Origin: Pseudomonadota bacterium
Lineage (GTDB): Bacteria; Pseudomonadota; Gammaproteobacteria; Steroidobacterales; SZUA-146
DNA length: 64,000 bases
Direction of reading: 5' to 3'
NCBI GenBank assembly: GCA_039028935.1
Contig: JBCCHD010000001.1
Span: forward strand, 135,181 to 199,180
The position numbers and the translations under genes are program-made. This document shows positions 1 through 10,639 of this stretch, one piece after another. Position 1 is the first letter of the stretch; every line of letters begins with the position of its first letter. The notes beneath the pieces are model-generated. The model had not been told where the DNA came from. It was given only the letters and a program-made list of their open reading frames with translations, and did no database searches.

Positions 1-1384
1 AACCGTCTTCACCGTTGGTGACATCCAGCACCAGACGATTGCTGGGGCGTAAGTACTCTTGTGCCGTCGTCAAAATCAGTTCGGGCGTCACGGCATCAAA
101 CTCTTGTTCAAGTCGGTTGATACGCCAAGGATCATTGTCAAACAAAGTGAAGCAGGCGAGTAGATCGGCAACCCCAAATTTTGTTGAGCTGCCGAGCAGT
201 CCATAAAAGCTTGAACGCATTTTGGTGCGCGCAAGCTCAATGTCGTCGCGCGAGACTTTGTTAACCCGCAAATCGTCGATCACTTCATCAATCATGAGCA
301 TAATCTCGTCGGTGGTGACGCGCGGATCATGGATGATCGACATATGCCAATTCATTGGCCCATTGTAGTTGTACATATTCCCTATAAGGTTGACGCCGCC
401 GCCCACAGACGATGTGATGCCCGCCTCTTTGACGAGTTTTTTATAGAAGCGACTGTCTTTGCCCGACAGCAACATCTGCGTGATGATGCCCATCGCATAG
501 TATTCCGGCGAGTTGCGCTCGGGCATATGGTAAGAGACCGCCAATGCCGGTTGAGGTGCTTTGGGGTATACCTTGGTGACACGCTTCTCCTTGTTTTGGC
601 GTGGTTCAGAAATATCAACCGGCGGTGGCAATTCGGCGGGTTCGATGTCGCCAAAATGCTGTTTGACCATGTCCATAACACGCTCGGTATCAACGTCGCC
701 GACGACAACTAATACAGCGTTGTTCGGCGCATAGTACGTGTCAAAGAAATCCTGCACATCTTCGAGTGTGGCCGAATCAAGATCTTCAAGGTCGCCGTAG
801 AAATTATGATTGTTGTACCAGTTTTCATTGGCGTGGGCGGGTACATCCAACCAAGGGAAACCTCCGTAGGGTTGATTCAGCACGTTTACCTTCACTTCGT
901 TTTTAACCACACCCTGCTGGTTGGTCAGGTTTTCTTGAGTGATCGCCAGTCCGCGCATACGATCGGCTTCGGCCCAGAGCATGGTCTCGACTTTGTTGGA
1001 GGGCACCACCTCGTAGTAGTTCGTGAAGTCGAAACGCGTCGAGCCGTTGAGCACCCCCCCGTTACTCTGCACGAGATTAATAAACTCCATCTTGCCGAGA
1101 TTCTCTGACCCTTGAAACATCATGTGCTCAAATAAATGGGCAAATCCCGTGCGGTTGCGTGGCTCGATGCGAAAGCCAATGTTGTAGTACACCGCGACGG
1201 TGGCCGTCGGTACCGAGTGGTCTTCGGAGACGACGACACGCAGGCCGTTATCCATCGTCGTATAGTAAATGGGCAGCGCCAATGCGCTGTCGGCGGCCGC
1301 AGCGGGCGCAGGTGGGGCAGTATCGGTCGACGCACACGCACCGAGCAGCAGCGCCAAGCTAACCAGTAACACCGTTCGCAACAT
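1..1384 (-). CDS. M16 (insulinase/pitrilysin) family zinc peptidase, predicted lipoprotein; C-terminal end runs off the window
   Basis: Uninterrupted minus-strand frame from ATG (1384-1382) to nt 1. It is absent from the ORF track only because no stop lies in the window. N-terminus MLRTVLLVSLALLLGAC has a lipobox. Inverted zinc motif HLFEH (HxxEH) is encoded at 1124-1138, followed by MMFQGSENL. Confidence 0.85.
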   Translation of the reverse strand, partial: MLRTVLLVSLALLLGACASTDTAPPAPAAAADSALALPIYYTTMDNGLRVVVSEDHSVPTATVAVYYNIGFRIEPRNRTGFAHLFEHMMFQGSENLGKMEFINLVQSNGGVLNGSTRFDFTNYYEVVPSNKVETMLWAEADRMRGLAITQENLTNQQGVVKNEVKVNVLNQPYGGFPWLDVPAHANENWYNNHNFYGDLEDLDSATLEDVQDFFDTYYAPNNAVLVVVGDVDTERVMDMVKQHFGDIEPAELPPPVDISEPRQNKEKRVTKVYPKAPQPALAVSYHMPERNSPEYYAMGIITQMLLSGKDSRFYKKLVKEAGITSSVGGGVNLIGNMYNYNGPMNWHMSIIHDPRVTTDEIMLMIDEVIDDLRVNKVSRDDIELARTKMRSSFYGLLGSSTKFGVADLLACFTLFDNDPWRINRLEQEFDAVTPELILTTAQEYLRPSNRLVLDVTNGEDG

Positions 1385-1515
1385 GGCTGATCTCCATAAA
1401 TGATCGCAAGAGTTAGGTTTTGATCGCGGTACGAGTGGGGACCGCACTACTACAGTATGGACCATACGGCGACGCCGTTGTTCATCGTGGTCCTTTGATC
1501 ATGACTGTTCGGTCG

Positions 1516-2283
1516 TTATTTTGGCTGCATGCGGATCGCGCCGTCCAGGCGAATCGTCTCACCGTTGAGCATAGGATTGCCATAAATGCTCGCCACCATG
1601 TGGGCAAACTCAGCAGGGTGCCCAAGCCGACTGGGAAAGGGCACTTGTGCGGCGAGTGACTCCTGCACCTGTTCGGGTAGTCCGGCCATCATCGGTGTCA
1701 TAAAGATGCCCGGCGCAACGGTCATGACGCGGATGCCGTGACGGGCAAATTCGCGTGCGAGCGGCAACGTCATGCCCACTATGCCACCTTTGGAAGCCGA
1801 ATACGCTGATTGGCCAATTTGGCCTTCAAACGCGGCGACCGAGGCGGTGTTCACGATCACGCCGCGCTCGCCCTGTTCAGTGGCGGGGTTGTCGAGCATT
1901 GCCTCGGCGCTCGTGCGGGCGAGTAAAAACGAACCGAGCAAATTGACTTTGAGTACTTGCTCGAATTGACTGCCAGGCATCGGCCCTTTTTTACCCAGCG
2001 CCATTGCCGCGCCGATGATGCCGGCGCAATTCACCGATAACGTGATGGCGTCCATCTGCGCCAAACTCGCTTTCACAGCCGCCACCACGCTCTCTTCGCT
2101 GCTGACATCCGTCGTCACAAAGTGGGCGGCCGACCCCAGTTGGGCGGCGGCGGCCTGACCGGCTTCTTCATTGATGTCCAAAAGCGTAACCTGACCGCCT
2201 GCATTGACGATGTGCTCTGCGACGCCGAACCCAAGGCCCGACGCGCCGCCACTGATGATCGCTCGTGCGCTTTCTAGAATCAT
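1516..2283 (-). CDS. 3-hydroxyacyl-CoA / 3-hydroxy-2-methylbutyryl-CoA dehydrogenase (classical SDR, HSD17B10-like)
   Basis: ORF 1516-2364 trimmed to the internal ATG giving MILESARAIISGGASGLG (Rossmann glycine motif at the N-terminus). Catalytic block YSASKGGIVGMTLPLAREFARHGIRVMTVAPGIFMTPMM. Confidence 0.85.
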   Translation of the reverse strand: MILESARAIISGGASGLGFGVAEHIVNAGGQVTLLDINEEAGQAAAAQLGSAAHFVTTDVSSEESVVAAVKASLAQMDAITLSVNCAGIIGAAMALGKKGPMPGSQFEQVLKVNLLGSFLLARTSAEAMLDNPATEQGERGVIVNTASVAAFEGQIGQSAYSASKGGIVGMTLPLAREFARHGIRVMTVAPGIFMTPMMAGLPEQVQESLAAQVPFPSRLGHPAEFAHMVASIYGNPMLNGETIRLDGAIRMQPK

Positions 2284-2409
2284 GATGCATTCCTCACTGT
2301 TGTCGCGTTGCAGAACGGAGCGCGCCTGCCTCGCGTGAATCGGGGCACGCTTGGGCGGCGCCAAGCCGTGCGAACGAATGGCCGGTCTTCTGCCGTCGCG
2401 TGGCGGTGT

Positions 2410-3591
2410 CTAGACTTCCAGCGCAACCGCCAGCGCTTCGCCACCACCGATACACAGTGACGCGATGCCGCGCTTTAGTCCGCGATTGCGTAGCGCATAG
2501 ATGAGCGTCACCAGCAGTCGGGCACCGGTCGCGCCAATGGGATGACCCAATGCGCACGCGCCGCCGTTAACGTTAACCTTGTCACGCGGAATGCCCACGT
2601 CATGCATAGCGGCCATCGTCACGCAGGCGAACGCTTCGTTGATTTCGTACAAGTCGACATCGTCGACTGTCCAACCCAGCTGAGCCTGCACAGTAGCAAT
2701 CGCTGATGAAGGGGCCGTCGTAAACCACTCGGGCTCGTGTGCGAAACCGGTGGCGCCCCGTAGCGTGGCCAGCACGTTGAGCTTGCGCTCAGCGGCAATG
2801 CTCTGTCGCGTCAGAATCAGCGATGCGGCGCCATCGGAGATTGAAGACGAACTGGCTGCCGTGACGGTGCCTCCGTCGCGTCGAAACGCGGGTCTCATCG
2901 TTGGAATTTTCTCGATGTCGCAGTTGAATGGTTCTTCGTCCTGGTCGACAGTGATCGTTTTGCGGCGGGCGGTATAAGTGACCGGCGCGACCTCATCCTT
3001 AAAATGGCCATTTTTGATGGCGTTCAGGGCCCACTCGACGGATTCGATGGAGTATTGATCCTGTTGCTCACGCGTAAAGCCGTAACGCTCGCTTGTCGCC
3101 TCGGCAAAGTGGCCCATCATATTGCCGTCATAGGGGTTTTGCAGGCCATCGTAGAACATGTGATCGAGTGTCTGCTGATGCCCCATGCGGTAGCCGCCAC
3201 GGGCCTTTGGAAGCAGATAGGGTGCATTGCTCATCGACTCCAGGCCGCCGGCTAGCACAATGTCAGCTTCGCCACTGGCCAGCGCGTTGTGGCCCATCAT
3301 GGCGGTTTTCATGCCCGATCCGCAGACCTTATTGACGGTGGTGCAGGGCACGCTGGTCGGGATGCCAGCGCCAAGTGCGGCCTGTCGCGCCGGTGCCTGA
3401 CCGACGCCCGCGGGCAAAACGCAGCCGATAAGCACTTCACTGAGTTCGTCGCCATTCACGCCGGCCTGCTTCAGCGCAGCAGCATTGGCGGTGGCGCCAA
3501 GATCGACGGCAGAGGCGCCGGAGAGCGCCCCTTGGAAGGCGCCAATTGGGGTGCGTTTGGCACCGACGACGACGATGGGATCTGAGCTCAT
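2410..3591 (-). CDS. acetyl-CoA C-acetyl/acyltransferase (thiolase)
   Basis: 393 aa. Has VNKVCGSGMK (active-site Cys), NGGACALGHPIGATGARL and CIGGGEALA thiolase signatures. Confidence 0.9.
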   Translation of the reverse strand: MSSDPIVVVGAKRTPIGAFQGALSGASAVDLGATANAAALKQAGVNGDELSEVLIGCVLPAGVGQAPARQAALGAGIPTSVPCTTVNKVCGSGMKTAMMGHNALASGEADIVLAGGLESMSNAPYLLPKARGGYRMGHQQTLDHMFYDGLQNPYDGNMMGHFAEATSERYGFTREQQDQYSIESVEWALNAIKNGHFKDEVAPVTYTARRKTITVDQDEEPFNCDIEKIPTMRPAFRRDGGTVTAASSSSISDGAASLILTRQSIAAERKLNVLATLRGATGFAHEPEWFTTAPSSAIATVQAQLGWTVDDVDLYEINEAFACVTMAAMHDVGIPRDKVNVNGGACALGHPIGATGARLLVTLIYALRNRGLKRGIASLCIGGGEALAVALEV

Positions 3592-3643
3592 GGTGTGTTT
3601 GCCTTTATAAATGGAGCGGTATGACCGCTAAAAAATGCGTAGC

Positions 3644-4813
3644 TTAACCGGCGGAGCGGAACAGCTCACGGCCGATTAACATGCGTCGAATTTCATTGGT
3701 GCCGGCGCCGATGTCGTACAACTTCGCATCGCGCAGCAAGCGGCCGGCGGGGTATTCGTTGATGTATCCGTTGCCGCCCAACGATTGGATGGTTTCAAGC
3801 GCCAGCTTGACGCCACTTTCTGAGGCCATCAATAGCGAGGCGGCAGCATCTTGACGAGTCGGCACACCTGCATCAAATAGTTCGGCTGTGCGATACGTGA
3901 AGGCGCGGCTGGCCTGAAGCAAGGTATACATGTCCGCCAGTTTGGCCTGCATGATGCCAAATTCGCCGATGGCCTTGCCAAACTGTTTGCGCTCGTGCAA
4001 ATACGCGAGCACGAGGTCCATGCAGGCCTGCATGATGCCCAGCGGACCGCCCGACAGCACCAGTCGCTCGGAATCGAGGCCGCGCATCAATAAATAAACG
4101 CCGCCGTGCAGTTCACCCAGCAGGTTGTCTTTGGGGATCGCGCAGTTGTCGAACACCAGCTCGCACGTATTGGAACCGCGCATGCCCAATTTGTCGAGTT
4201 TTTGTGCCGTGCTGAATCCCGGCATACCTTTTTCGACCAGGAACGCGCTTAGGCTGCGTGAGCCGGTATCGTTTTGTTTCGTGCGCATGTAAACAATCAG
4301 CACATCCGCGTCGGGACCGTTTGTGATCCACATTTTGGAGCCGTTGGCGAGATAATGATCGCCCTGATCAACGGCTTTACAGGTGATCGAGCCGACCACA
4401 TCCGAGCCGGCGCCCGGTTCGGACATCGCGAGCGCGCCGACCCACTCGCCCGAGCAGAGTTTGGGTAGATAGCGCTGGCGCTGCGCATCGGTGCCGTTTA
4501 GATACAAATTATTCATGCACAGATTCGAGTGCGCGCCGTAGGACAGACCGACGGAGGCACTGCCGCGGGATATTTCTTCCATGGCCACAACGTGAGCCAG
4601 ATAGCCCATTTCACTGCCGCCGTATTCCGCCGGTACGGTCATGCCGAGCAACCCTTGCTCGCCCATTTTTTGCCATAGTGCTGGATCGAACGCATTGTCT
4701 CGATCGATTTGCTCGGCGATCGGGGCAAGCTCGGCGTCGGCGAAACGGCGCACTGCCTCGCGCAGCATGTCGAGTTCTTCGTTAATCGAGGTATTGATGA
4801 TCGCCATATCCAT
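3644..4813 (-). CDS. acyl-CoA dehydrogenase (isovaleryl/short-branched-chain type)
   Basis: ORF 3644-4969 trimmed to [21 protein letters not shown] (ATG 4813-4811). Has [12 protein letters not shown] and [39 protein letters not shown]. Co-oriented with the thiolase and SDR, so this looks like a branched-chain acyl-CoA degradation operon. Confidence 0.85.
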   Translation of the reverse strand: MDMAIINTSINEELDMLREAVRRFADAELAPIAEQIDRDNAFDPALWQKMGEQGLLGMTVPAEYGGSEMGYLAHVVAMEEISRGSASVGLSYGAHSNLCMNNLYLNGTDAQRQRYLPKLCSGEWVGALAMSEPGAGSDVVGSITCKAVDQGDHYLANGSKMWITNGPDADVLIVYMRTKQNDTGSRSLSAFLVEKGMPGFSTAQKLDKLGMRGSNTCELVFDNCAIPKDNLLGELHGGVYLLMRGLDSERLVLSGGPLGIMQACMDLVLAYLHERKQFGKAIGEFGIMQAKLADMYTLLQASRAFTYRTAELFDAGVPTRQDAAASLLMASESGVKLALETIQSLGGNGYINEYPAGRLLRDAKLYDIGAGTNEIRRMLIGRELFRSAG

Positions 4814-5168
4814 GTTAGCCGGTGATGCAGGGGCGCAAAGTATAGCGCAAGGCCGCGGGTAGCTTAAGCCGGCGAAGGGTGCTTTGTGGGGTTGGCGAGG
4901 GCTTATGACAAGTGGTGCCGGGCGGCCGTGAGTGCACGCATCCGGTCGAGCGGTGGCACCGGTGCCCACGAGCTGGCCGATTCACTCTATACTGCGACAA
5001 CGGTAGGGCGCGATGTCGCGGCGCGGCACCCGGGCACCGATCGCTGGCAACCGTGTAAATTACCCCGAGAATCGGGCGTATCCTGCGTTTTTTCGAGACG
5101 CATCACAGCGGCGGATGTCGGGTGGGGATACCGTGTTTACCAACTTGAATCGATCATAATGAGTACCA

Positions 5169-7184
5169 TTGAGCTCAAGCTCGCGGTCACCGACTGGACA
5201 GCCTTTGCACGCACCAACCGAACAGCTTTACGCCATTGAAGTTGCCCCGCAGTGGGTGATCGATCGACCGGTCGATGTGAACGTGCAGCACGACGCGGCG
5301 CCGTTTTTCTATTTGTTGGCCGATTATCAGGATTACGTGGATCGGGAGCGGACGTTCTCCTACACACGCACCGTACAGAAAATTAATGACGCCTCCCGGC
5401 TCGAAGACGCGTCGCTATTGGTTTCGGAGCTCAATGAGAAACACCAGCGGGTGTTTTTCCATCACATCGAGATCATCCGCAACGGTCAACGCATCAATGC
5501 ACTCGACCCCGAGAATATTGCGGTCTACCAGCGCGAGACCTCGCTCGAGAGTCATATCGTCACAGGCCGCAAAACGGTCGCGTTGACGATCGACGATTTG
5601 CGCGTCGGCGACATTCTCGACGTGCGCATGACGTTTTGTAACTTCATGAGCACCCACCCGCTGCACGGCAAATTTTATTTGTCCACGTTTTGGGTCAGCT
5701 GGTCTTGTCCGGTGATAAGCCAGTCGGTGCGCGTCATCAATTCGGGCCATTTACCCTTGCTCTACCAGGAAGGTGGTGCGAACGAAACGCTTGGCGAAGT
5801 TCATCGCGTGGAGGCGGGCAGCGAATTCAGTCGTCAATGGGACAATCTGAGTCCCGAGTCGCTCGGCCACCACGTGCCGTCATGGGTCTGGCGTCCATTT
5901 TTGCAGTTCACCACCGGCACAACCTGGCCGGACGTGTCGCGCTACCTGTATCAATACTATGAGGCCAACGGTGTTCTGGATACGAAAATCGATATCCATA
6001 ACATTGATTTGCTCGACCTCTCGGGACTTCAGGAAGATGATCTGCTTCGGATGGTGCGCTTCGTTCAAAATAATGTGCGCTATCGGGGTGAGAACCACGG
6101 CATCTACACCCATACGCCGAAGTCGCCCGAGCGCACACTCAAAAAACGCGCTGGCGATTGCAAAGACAAATCCAATTTATTGGTCGCCTTGTTGCGTCGA
6201 CTCGGTGTCGACGCGAACCTTGTGTTGGTCAATTCGCGTGTTGGGCACAAGCTACAAGGGCTTAACCCGTCCGCATATCAATTCGATCACATGATTGTCA
6301 AAGTTCGATCGCGCGGCCGCACCCTGTATTTTGATCCAACCATTCAGGCGCAAGCGGGCGACCTGGAGCACTGCGCGCAGCTCAACTATGGCTATGGCCT
6401 AGAACTCACGGCAGAGGGGTGTGAGCTTGAGGCCCTGCCGTTTGATGTGAATCGCGTCGTCTTTGAGCTCGAACACGAATTCGATTTCAGCCACTTAAAA
6501 TCCGACGCCGAGCTCACCATCACCCGCCGCTATTTTTACCATCGCGCGGATAACATGCGGTTTTATCTCAATTCGAAGAATCAACAGACACTTCACGAGG
6601 ACTATCTGCGGGGTGCGCGCGAAACGACCGGTTGTCGGCTTGAGGTGATACAGCCCGTGACGCTCCAAGACGACACGCACCGCAATGTGCTCCAGACGGT
6701 TGAGCGCTATCACATGGTGGATTTGGCGCAAACGCATCCTGAAGCGTACATGCAGATCACCACCGAATTTGCGAACGACTACCCCGTCACGCTCGATGAC
6801 AGCGCGCCGCTCGATTTAAACGTTGACGGTGCGCTGAGTCACTCCGTAGTGGTGACTACTCGCACTTCGCCAAAAGCGGAACCTAGTCAGGCACACATCG
6901 ACAATAAATGGTTTCACTACTCCGATAAGGTGGCGGTGCGCGGCAACCAAATGCGGTTTCTCACGCGCCTCACGCCACGTGCGCGACACGCACTGCCTGA
7001 AGAAATCGCGGCGTACACCAAAGACGTTGACCACATGCGGAGTCGGTGCAGCAACAACTTCCGCTACCACTATCCCGGCTTCTTTTCGTTCAGCAAACAC
7101 ACTTGGGTCAGCGACTTATTGCGCACGGCAGGGGTGTTTGGCTTTGTGCTGGTGGCGTTAGTGGTGTTATTCGACCGACTCTAA
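5169..7184 (+). CDS. DUF3857-like N-domain plus transglutaminase-like cysteine protease core protein, C-terminal TM anchor
   Basis: 671 aa. Cys-His-Asp core readable as RAGDCKDKSNLLVALLRRLGVDA ... QFDHMIVKV ... LYFDPT. Hydrophobic tail VFGFVLVALVVLF. The track start is a TTG, so the true start is uncertain. Confidence 0.6.
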   Translation: MSSSSRSPTGQPLHAPTEQLYAIEVAPQWVIDRPVDVNVQHDAAPFFYLLADYQDYVDRERTFSYTRTVQKINDASRLEDASLLVSELNEKHQRVFFHHIEIIRNGQRINALDPENIAVYQRETSLESHIVTGRKTVALTIDDLRVGDILDVRMTFCNFMSTHPLHGKFYLSTFWVSWSCPVISQSVRVINSGHLPLLYQEGGANETLGEVHRVEAGSEFSRQWDNLSPESLGHHVPSWVWRPFLQFTTGTTWPDVSRYLYQYYEANGVLDTKIDIHNIDLLDLSGLQEDDLLRMVRFVQNNVRYRGENHGIYTHTPKSPERTLKKRAGDCKDKSNLLVALLRRLGVDANLVLVNSRVGHKLQGLNPSAYQFDHMIVKVRSRGRTLYFDPTIQAQAGDLEHCAQLNYGYGLELTAEGCELEALPFDVNRVVFELEHEFDFSHLKSDAELTITRRYFYHRADNMRFYLNSKNQQTLHEDYLRGARETTGCRLEVIQPVTLQDDTHRNVLQTVERYHMVDLAQTHPEAYMQITTEFANDYPVTLDDSAPLDLNVDGALSHSVVVTTRTSPKAEPSQAHIDNKWFHYSDKVAVRGNQMRFLTRLTPRARHALPEEIAAYTKDVDHMRSRCSNNFRYHYPGFFSFSKHTWVSDLLRTAGVFGFVLVALVVLFDRL

Positions 7185-7916
7185 CGACACCAGATCGGGC
7201 TCGTCGAGCACCGACAGAATGGCGTTGCGACTCAAACTAGCGATGCGGTTCATCGCCTCGCGACCGTGGCCTTCGATGGCGATCGGCTCTAATGCGGTAA
7301 TCACGAGTTTTCCAGGGCGCGGTAGCCAATGGTCGGCCGACAGCATCGCCCGCGAGCCGTCTATCACAATCGGCACCACGTCCAGCTGACCCTCTACGGC
7401 AGCTTTGAACGCCCCGGGGCGAAAGGCCGCTAGGCCTGGTTTGGTCTCGAACGTGCCCTCAGGAAAAATCGCCACGGACTCCCCGCGTTTGGCTAAGTCA
7501 ATGATGCGTTTTGCATCGCGACCGCCTCGAAAATGATTGCGTCGCTCCACAAACTGCGAGCCAATCCGGCGTAATAAAAAGTGCATAAGCGGCACCTGTG
7601 TGACTTCCCGCTTGATCACAAACCCAAATCGGGCAGGCAGCACGGCTTTAAGAATGATGCCATCGAGATAGCTCGCGTGATTCGCAACGACAACGGCAGG
7701 CTGCGTGTCCAGGAAATGGCGATTGCGCACATCCAGTCGAACCAACGTCACGGCAAACCACACGCGAGCCAGCGCCCGGACCATCCGGCGACGTGCCGTC
7801 AGGCTGAGTGGCAGCAGCAACAAAAGCACTGCAACAAAAGCCACAAGCGCCAAGCAGGTCACAGAATAGATTCCGTAAAGCCATATGATGGGTAAATACC
7901 GTTTTTTGTGGTCCAA
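7167..7916 (-). CDS. 1-acyl-sn-glycerol-3-phosphate acyltransferase family (PlsC-like)
   Basis: N-terminal TM segment. Acyltransferase motifs NHASYLDG (HxxxxD) and AIFPEGT. Confidence 0.8.
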   Translation of the reverse strand: MDHKKRYLPIIWLYGIYSVTCLALVAFVAVLLLLLPLSLTARRRMVRALARVWFAVTLVRLDVRNRHFLDTQPAVVVANHASYLDGIILKAVLPARFGFVIKREVTQVPLMHFLLRRIGSQFVERRNHFRGGRDAKRIIDLAKRGESVAIFPEGTFETKPGLAAFRPGAFKAAVEGQLDVVPIVIDGSRAMLSADHWLPRPGKLVITALEPIAIEGHGREAMNRIASLSRNAILSVLDEPDLVSLESVE

Positions 7917-8191
7917 AATGACCGCTCCGGGGCGCGTAAACGCCTAATTTTCCTAAAAAGTGTGACGTGGTTCAACTTATGTCATGCACGGGTAAATTTG
8001 AGAACTGTATCACTGTAGTTTTCCGGGCCTGATCGCATACTGACGGCAGGAGTGAAAAGAAAAACCGGCGCATTGTGAGGATTAATGCGCACGAAAATGG
8101 TGGCAACCTGTGGTCTTTTGGACGCGGCTGCTGACCAGGCGTTTTGTCCGAAAATTGATGTTCGGCCAAATAGTATTCAGAGGTAATTTAC

Positions 8192-9136
8192 GTGAGCGCG
8201 GTAATGTCAGAACGAGATTTTGAAGATCAGGGACCCTCGAACCAGGACGACGATAAAAACATCATCGATGTCTTTCTCGACGCCATTTGGATGGAGCGCG
8301 GATTGTCCAAGAATACGCTAGCCGCGTATCGAGCCGACCTAGTCGCTCTTTCGCGCTGGTTAGAGGCCCGCAACATCGATATGGTCAAAGCGACGCGCGA
8401 AAACCTCGTAGAATTTATTGCGGCGCGCGTTGAGAAAGGCGCTCGCCCACGATCGACGGCTCGGCAACTGTCGAGTTTCCGGCGTTTCTATCGGTATCTT
8501 GTGCGTGAAAACCAAGTGCAGGATGATCCGACCGCGAATATCCAAATGCCGAAGATCGGCCGCACGCTACCGAAGACGTTGTCTGAAGGCAAAGTCGAAG
8601 ATTTGCTCAGTGCGCCGGAAATCAGTGATCCGCTGGGCTTTCGGGATCGCACCATGCTCGAGGTGCTCTACGCCACTGGATTGCGTGTCTCCGAACTGAT
8701 CAACCTGAAGCTCAGCCAGGTAAACTTGAACCAAGGCGTGGTACGCATTGTTGGCAAAGGCGACCGTGAGCGTCTGATTCCATTGGGTGAAGAGTCGATG
8801 GAGTGGATTGCTAAATTTGTCCAGGGCGCCCGTCTTGAGATTTTGCTCGAGCGTCAAACCGACTATTTATTCCCAACACGACGCGGCGACCGTATGACGC
8901 GTCAGGCGTTTTGGCACATTATTAAGCGTTACGCGCGTAAAGCCTCCATTGGCAAAGAGCTGTCTCCACACTCGTTGCGCCACGCCTTCGCGACCCATCT
9001 GCTCAATAACGGTGCCGACCTTCGCGTCGTGCAGATGTTGCTGGGCCATAGCGATTTGTCCACCACCCAGATTTATACCCATGTTGCGCAGGAGCGTCTC
9101 AAGGATTTTCACTCAAAGCACCATCCACGCGGCTAG
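8192..9136 (+). CDS. xerD: site-specific tyrosine recombinase XerD
   Basis: FLDAIWMERGLSKNTLAAYRADL near the N-terminus. C-terminal HSLRHAFATHLL ... LLGHSDLSTTQIYTHV. Followed by dsbC as in enterics. GTG start. Confidence 0.9.
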   Translation: MSAVMSERDFEDQGPSNQDDDKNIIDVFLDAIWMERGLSKNTLAAYRADLVALSRWLEARNIDMVKATRENLVEFIAARVEKGARPRSTARQLSSFRRFYRYLVRENQVQDDPTANIQMPKIGRTLPKTLSEGKVEDLLSAPEISDPLGFRDRTMLEVLYATGLRVSELINLKLSQVNLNQGVVRIVGKGDRERLIPLGEESMEWIAKFVQGARLEILLERQTDYLFPTRRGDRMTRQAFWHIIKRYARKASIGKELSPHSLRHAFATHLLNNGADLRVVQMLLGHSDLSTTQIYTHVAQERLKDFHSKHHPRG

Positions 9137-9170
9137 CGAGCGGCGAGGGAACCGATCGATTTTGTTAGGA

Positions 9171-9196
9171 AAGCCGCGCGAATGCGCGGCTTTTTT
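9171..9196 (+). terminator. rho-independent terminator after xerD
   Basis: Stem gccgcgc, loop gaat, stem gcgcggc, followed by TTTTTT. Confidence 0.7.
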
Positions 9197-9322
9197 GCAC
9201 GTGTTTTATAACCTCAGCCCGTTATTTTGCTAGACTCCGCGTCAGCTGCCCGCTGGAACCGGCGCGTCATCGCGCTGTCCGAGATGGGGCTCACGTTACC
9301 GAGTTTTCAGGGAATACCGATT

Positions 9323-10117
9323 ATGTTTAAAAGAATGACTCTCACCGCGGCGCTTGCCGGCGCGGTTTTCCTGGGCGCCTGCGAGGCCGCCACTGACACG
9401 CCAGCCAAAGCGGCTGCAAGCGAATCGGCCGCCCCCGATGCGCCCGTTGCCATCAACGCGGACCTCGATCTCGACGAGGTGCGACGCAAATTTCCGGCGA
9501 TCAATCCGGCTGATATTAAAGAAAGCCCGGTTCAAGGCTGGTTCGAAATCGATAGCGGCGGCCAGGTGCTGTACATATCTGGAGACGGACGTTACGCCAT
9601 GCGTGGGGATCTGATTGATCTCGACACGCGCGTCAACCTCACCGATTTGCGCCGTAACACGTCGCGACAACAGCTCATGGCGAGCATCGGTGAAGACGAC
9701 ATGATCGTCTACACGCCCGACGGCGACGTGACGCACTCCGTTACCATTTTCACGGATGTGGATTGCGGCTACTGCCGCAAGCTTCACCAAGAAATGGAGG
9801 ATTATCACAGCGAAGGGATTGAGGTGCGTTATCTGTTTTACCCGCGTTCTGGGCCCAATACCGCATCCTGGGAAAAGGCCACCAATGTGTGGTGCTCAGA
9901 CGATCGAAACTCCGCGCTTACGCAAGCCAAAGCCGGGCAGCGGCTCGCTGCCCAACAGTGCGATGCGGGGCTTATCAATGATCACTTTGAGGCCGGTCGT
10001 AAAGTTGGCCTGCGCGGCACGCCAGCGATTGTTACCGAGAACGGCGAACTGATTTCTGGGTATATGCCGGCTAAGGCGTTGCGCACTCGGATCGAACAAG
10101 GTGCGCTTGCGCGCTAG
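9323..10117 (+). CDS. dsbC: thiol:disulfide interchange protein DsbC
   Basis: ORF 9227-10117 trimmed to MFKRMTLTAALAGAVFLGAC (signal peptide). Thioredoxin-fold CGYC active site in FTDVDCGYCRKLH. Synteny with xerD. Confidence 0.85.
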   Translation: MFKRMTLTAALAGAVFLGACEAATDTPAKAAASESAAPDAPVAINADLDLDEVRRKFPAINPADIKESPVQGWFEIDSGGQVLYISGDGRYAMRGDLIDLDTRVNLTDLRRNTSRQQLMASIGEDDMIVYTPDGDVTHSVTIFTDVDCGYCRKLHQEMEDYHSEGIEVRYLFYPRSGPNTASWEKATNVWCSDDRNSALTQAKAGQRLAAQQCDAGLINDHFEAGRKVGLRGTPAIVTENGELISGYMPAKALRTRIEQGALAR

Positions 10118-10153
10118 ATAAGCCGACTTTGGCGTTCGCCAATGTCAACAAAA

Positions 10154-10178
10154 GGCCGACGCTTGTCGGCCTTTTTTT
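10154..10178. terminator. bidirectional rho-independent terminator between convergent dsbC and fdxA
   Basis: Stem ggccgac, loop gctt, stem gtcggcc. Flanked by an A-run upstream and TTTTTTT downstream. Confidence 0.75.
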
Positions 10179-10284
10179 ATGCGCATGCCGCCTAAGCACC
10201 TCGGGATTCGCTAACGAGAAGATTCAGCCGGTGTCTCGGCAAACCGATTTTAACGCAGCGACGTTCGTCGCGCGCCATTAACGC

Positions 10285-10614
10285 TCATTCACCTTCGTCG
10301 AGGTGTTCGAGCTTGTCCGGCTGTCCGTCCCATTCTGCCGCGTCGGGCAGTGGCGCTTGTTGCTCGGTAATAACGGGCCATTTCTGGCTTAATCGTTCAT
10401 TTATTTCACGAAAATGCTCTTGCCCGTCCGGCAGTTCGTCGTCCGAGTAAATCGCCTCTGCCGGGCATTCCGGTTCGCACAGTGTGCAGTCGATGCACTC
10501 ATCGGGATCTATGACCAAAAAATTTGGCCCCTCGTGGAAGCAGTCGACCGGACACACTTCGACGCAGTCGGTGTACTTACACTTGATGCAGTTTTCGGTG
10601 ACAACAAAGGTCAT
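10285..10614 (-). CDS. fdxA: 7Fe ferredoxin (Azotobacter FdxA type)
   Basis: Only the last 109 aa of ORF 10285-10878 look real. [51 protein letters not shown] carries the 3Fe-4S plus 4Fe-4S Cys pattern. Confidence 0.9.
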   Translation of the reverse strand: MTFVVTENCIKCKYTDCVEVCPVDCFHEGPNFLVIDPDECIDCTLCEPECPAEAIYSDDELPDGQEHFREINERLSQKWPVITEQQAPLPDAAEWDGQPDKLEHLDEGE

Positions 10615-10639
10615 AGAGTTCTCGTGTCGCTGTCGGGCG

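Noticed and set aside
7917-8191. 275-bp divergent intergenic region upstream of xerD, with the hairpin gcgcatt-N9-aatgcgc, considered as a small RNA locus
   Set aside because: There is only one modest hairpin, no terminator-like U-tract, and no similarity to an sRNA I know. It is most simply two divergent promoters.
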